A DNA stretch of 64,000 nt from Heteronotia binoei. Taxonomy: Eukaryota. Shown in pieces: positions 61,019 through 64,000 of the stretch. Every line of letters starts with the position of its first letter. Position 1 is the first letter of the stretch. The position numbers and the translations under genes were made by a program. The notes under the pieces were generated by a model that did not search any database, was not told the DNA's origin, and was given only the letters and a program-made list of their open reading frames with translations. The stretch lies in contig NC_083237.1 in the NCBI RefSeq assembly GCF_032191835.1, positions 67,642,001 to 67,706,000 on the forward strand, read 5' to 3'.

Positions 61019-61561
61019 GTAGGTAAACTCTGGGCCCCTTTGGGGGTAACCTGCTTCTGTGCTCTCCTGGGGCAACTGCTGTGGTTGGAATCCCGGCTCC
61101 CAGCCATGGCCTTTGCCACGGGCTCTGCTTTTGTTATGAATGCCTGGATCTCCCCCCCTTTGCTAAGAAGCCCTGGTGCAGAGAAGCTGAAGGAAGGAGG
61201 CCTGTGAGCCAACTTGCAGTACAGCCGCCTGGAACTGAGGCTTGGAAACTCCCCTCCCCTCCCCACCCCACCCCCCATGCAGCCTGGGCTGCAGGTGCCC
61301 CAGTGGGGGGGGGGAGGCCCACCTTCCGCTCTGTTTGTGCCTTGGCTGCAGCCACAGCCTCACACCTTTTCTGTGAGATATCTGATCCTCTCAGAGTTAG
61401 TTTTCTTGGTTCTGTTTCAGATATGTTCTAAACCACCCCCCCAGTGTTTTCATACTACTTAGTGTATACAGTTAGTCATAGTAGTTTGTAGTAACGACAC
61501 ACAACTCAGAGATGAGGTTCACACACCAGTCTGTGCTGCTCTTCTGACAGTGGTGGTGGTT

Positions 61562-61924
61562 TTATTTTATACATTCACTGTCCCATACCACATACTGTCC
61601 AGGAGTTAACATCATAGCCACCATATTTTTCCAATCTTGAGAAATCACAGTGCATCCATTAGAGAGTCCTTCTAAAAGACTCTGCACATCGGTTCCCCTT
61701 ATGCCCGTGTCTCTGATAGCCTTTTGAATTTCACTCAAAACGGAGTGCGGCAACACAGAACAGTTAAGAATCTGTCGCTCATTCTCATTCTGTGCAGAGG
61801 TTACTGGGCACACCGATAAAAGGTCAGGCAACTCTCCCCCTGTCAGCTGTTCAGGGCAAATAGACAACATTTCTGCCAATTCTGGAACATTTTCCAATTT
61901 AGCCTGATAAAGTTCCTTCTCCAA
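61562..61924 (-). mobile_element. Endogenous retrovirus gag fragment, class II-like capsid N-terminal domain
   Basis: PVT...VLSEIQKAIRDTG...SLLEGL...QDWKNMVAMMLTPGQYVVWDSE aligns by eye with betaretroviral CA (MPMV PVT...VIKELKTAASQYG...[22 protein letters not shown]). Confidence 0.75.
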
Positions 61925-62964
61925 AACTTCACAGACCCTCTCCCCCTCTCTCTCCCTCTCTCCCTCTCCTCAGGATAGGCTTAAGGGGTCTGAACTCGCT
62001 GAGGCTGGGAGGGAAAGAGATCCTTGGCTTGGAGAGGACATCTCAGTGACGGTCTCAGTTTGATGTGTAGTGGTGGGGATGAACAAGCAAATGCTTGGGA
62101 CTGTAAGGGGAAAGACTGAGCATAAAAAGGGGCTGTATTGGAATACCCCTGTCCATACAAGGGCTTACGATGCCACAGAGTTCCTTCCGTCCTTGGAGGA
62201 GACAATCCTTCAAACAGGCACTTGGAAACCAAAGTTTCACTGACTGCATTAAGCCAGCACATTAACCACTAAACTACCAGTTCGTTGGAAGAAGCATCAG
62301 GTACCAGTTTTCTTAAATTTATTTATTCCAGCATTTGGTGAAAACCTTAAATCCCAGCCAATGATTGATCAGTGTTATCTTTTAAAATCAATCTAGTTAT
62401 CCTTGAACAGGCTAAATAAGAATCACGTTTCCTGCAGCAAATGCCAGCAGTGTATCCGTGTGACTGACTGTGACATGCAGCAGTCTTTATCAACAACCGG
62501 CACTGGTGCTGTCTCCTACACCCCTTGTCAAATAGTCCTGAGAAGGACTGTCTGGTTGATGGATTGTTTCTGTGGGTGTGGTGTAGCTCGGAGATGTGAC
62601 AGTTGTCTGGCTGTCAGAAGTCCTCATTCTTCAGCGCTATCCAGAGTGCAGCATGAGGAGGCATGCTAGAATTGCACCCCAGGCCACGAATGTGATTGTG
62701 ATGCAACCCGCCAAACTATTTCCCATCCATCATGGAAATGTGAGCATTGTGCTTTCCAGGGAGATGTGACAGAGCTCTTTGAACTCTGCAGTTGCAACTG
62801 AGTGGATTGAAAATCTGGGTATTAGTATTTCAGGGGATTGCCCAATCTGTCTGCATACCCTCTGTGTCAGCTTGGTTACATATTTTATATTTTTATATGC
62901 TTCCTGTGTGTAACTCTGCCAAACAATAAAGACAATAACCACAAGTGCCTGTATTATTCTACAG

Positions 62965-63054
62965 CTATATCTGCTCATGGCCCAACAGAAATTATCTATG
63001 AAATAGTGGATGAAATTGAAGGAAAGAACTTTTACTCCCAGGACCCAGCAGATG
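62965..63054 (+). CDS. PTCD3: PTCD3 exon 15
   Basis: AISAHGPTEIIYEIVDEIEGKNFYSQDPAD; 90 nt. Confidence 0.92.
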
Positions 63055-63748
63055 GTGAGTCTCTCTTGTTTTATCTTGCATGGATCCCCCTCCCCCAACA
63101 GCCAACTGGTGAGAGACTTTCAGATCTGCAGCCAACTGTATTCTCAAAAAACAAACTGTGCTTGCGGTTCAGAAGTTCCTACAAAGAATGCTGATGTGGA
63201 GACAGTAAATGAACTAGCTGCACTTTGAGAGCGAGGAGGGAGGGAGTGTGTGAGCCCCACAGAGACCACCAGGGACCCCGTCTGTCTCATTCCATCAGCC
63301 CCAAGAGGGAGGGAGGGAGGGAGGGAGGGAGAGACTGGTGGGCCTCCAGGTTCCAGGTGGCACACAAGGTGGTTCTTGGCACTTATTTTCTCCTCCTCGG
63401 CATTCTTGGAGGTTTGGATTGGCGGGGGTGGGGGGGTGGGATCATTAACAGAATAAAAAATGCTTTACTAAAGAACAGGTTCTGAGGTTCTTTGGAGAGC
63501 CCTTGAGGTTCAAAAGTGATAAAACATTTTTTTTTAAAGCTATGATAGTATGGGTGAAATGTCTCTCGGTTCTCCCAAGTCTGAGAAGTAGATTGGACTG
63601 TGTCCCAGTTTACAGTACTGACCTCCGCCAAACTCGTTGGTCTTCTGGCCTTTCAGTTTTATTTCAGGAATGCTCATGCCTGTCAAATTTGTGTGTTCTT
63701 TGTTGGCAGGAGTCCAGAGTTAACAGTTACTATTGTTTTCCCTTTCAG

Positions 63749-63777
63749 CAAACTTTTTTTCAAATGCTATGAGAATC
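63749..63777 (+). CDS. PTCD3: PTCD3 exon 16 (last exon in window)
   Basis: ANFFSNAMRI matches human DKFFQSAMSI; TTTCAG/GTAAG, 29 nt. Confidence 0.88.
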
Positions 63778-64000
63778 GTAAGTCAGTTTTGATTTTTAAA
63801 TATAATTCTGAATTTGTATTTCTGACTACCTGTAAGTCTAGAACTTGTGCTGGGTAAGTGCTGCCATCCAGTGCACTTGAATTCTTCTTGGATGAACAAA
63901 ATTGGGGATTGAACTGGGGCAAAACACGCTTAGGTCATGTTTTATTTACTTACTTCACTTATAGACCACCTTTTCTGTTTGCTTTTAAAGAACTCAAAGA

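Noticed and set aside
62700-62715. Primer-binding site for the ERV gag fragment (TGGCGGGTTGCA on minus)
   Set aside because: Beyond TGGCG it matches no tRNA 3' end I know, and no LTR end precedes it.

Overview
Vertebrate genomic DNA from a squamate, most likely a gecko, judged from the SINE, CR1, L2 and BovB content. It covers the head-to-head POLR1A/PTCD3 locus. POLR1A (largest RNA polymerase I subunit) is on the minus strand: coding exons 1-20 lie at 31825 to 2653 (959 codons in a continuous spliced frame), and the rest of the gene is left of the window. PTCD3 (mitoribosomal PPR protein mS39) is on the plus strand: coding exons 1-16 lie at 31912 to 63777 (about 408 codons), and the gene continues to the right. 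The two ATGs are only 86 bp apart in a CpG island with ETS/GABP-type and YY1-type motifs. Two intronic ncRNA genes are present: SNORD94 in PTCD3 intron 11 and a tRNA-Ser(AGA) in POLR1A intron 7. Introns are dense with L1, L2, CR1, BovB, Gypsy, SINE and DNA-transposon remnants. The most unusual observations are: (1) a 77-bp triplication of the POLR1A exon 12 splice acceptor in which only the last copy keeps the frame; (2) a 4.6-kb apparently full-length L2 with one homopolymer frameshift, inserted cleanly into a Gypsy RT remnant; (3) a class II (alpha/betaretrovirus-like) Gag capsid fragment; (4) three separate retroposon-derived tandem arrays (about 29x CR1 3' end with higher-order structure, 6x SINE head, 4x BovB 3' end). 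Gene and repeat-family names come from recalled sequences, not database searches. Repeat boundaries are approximate.
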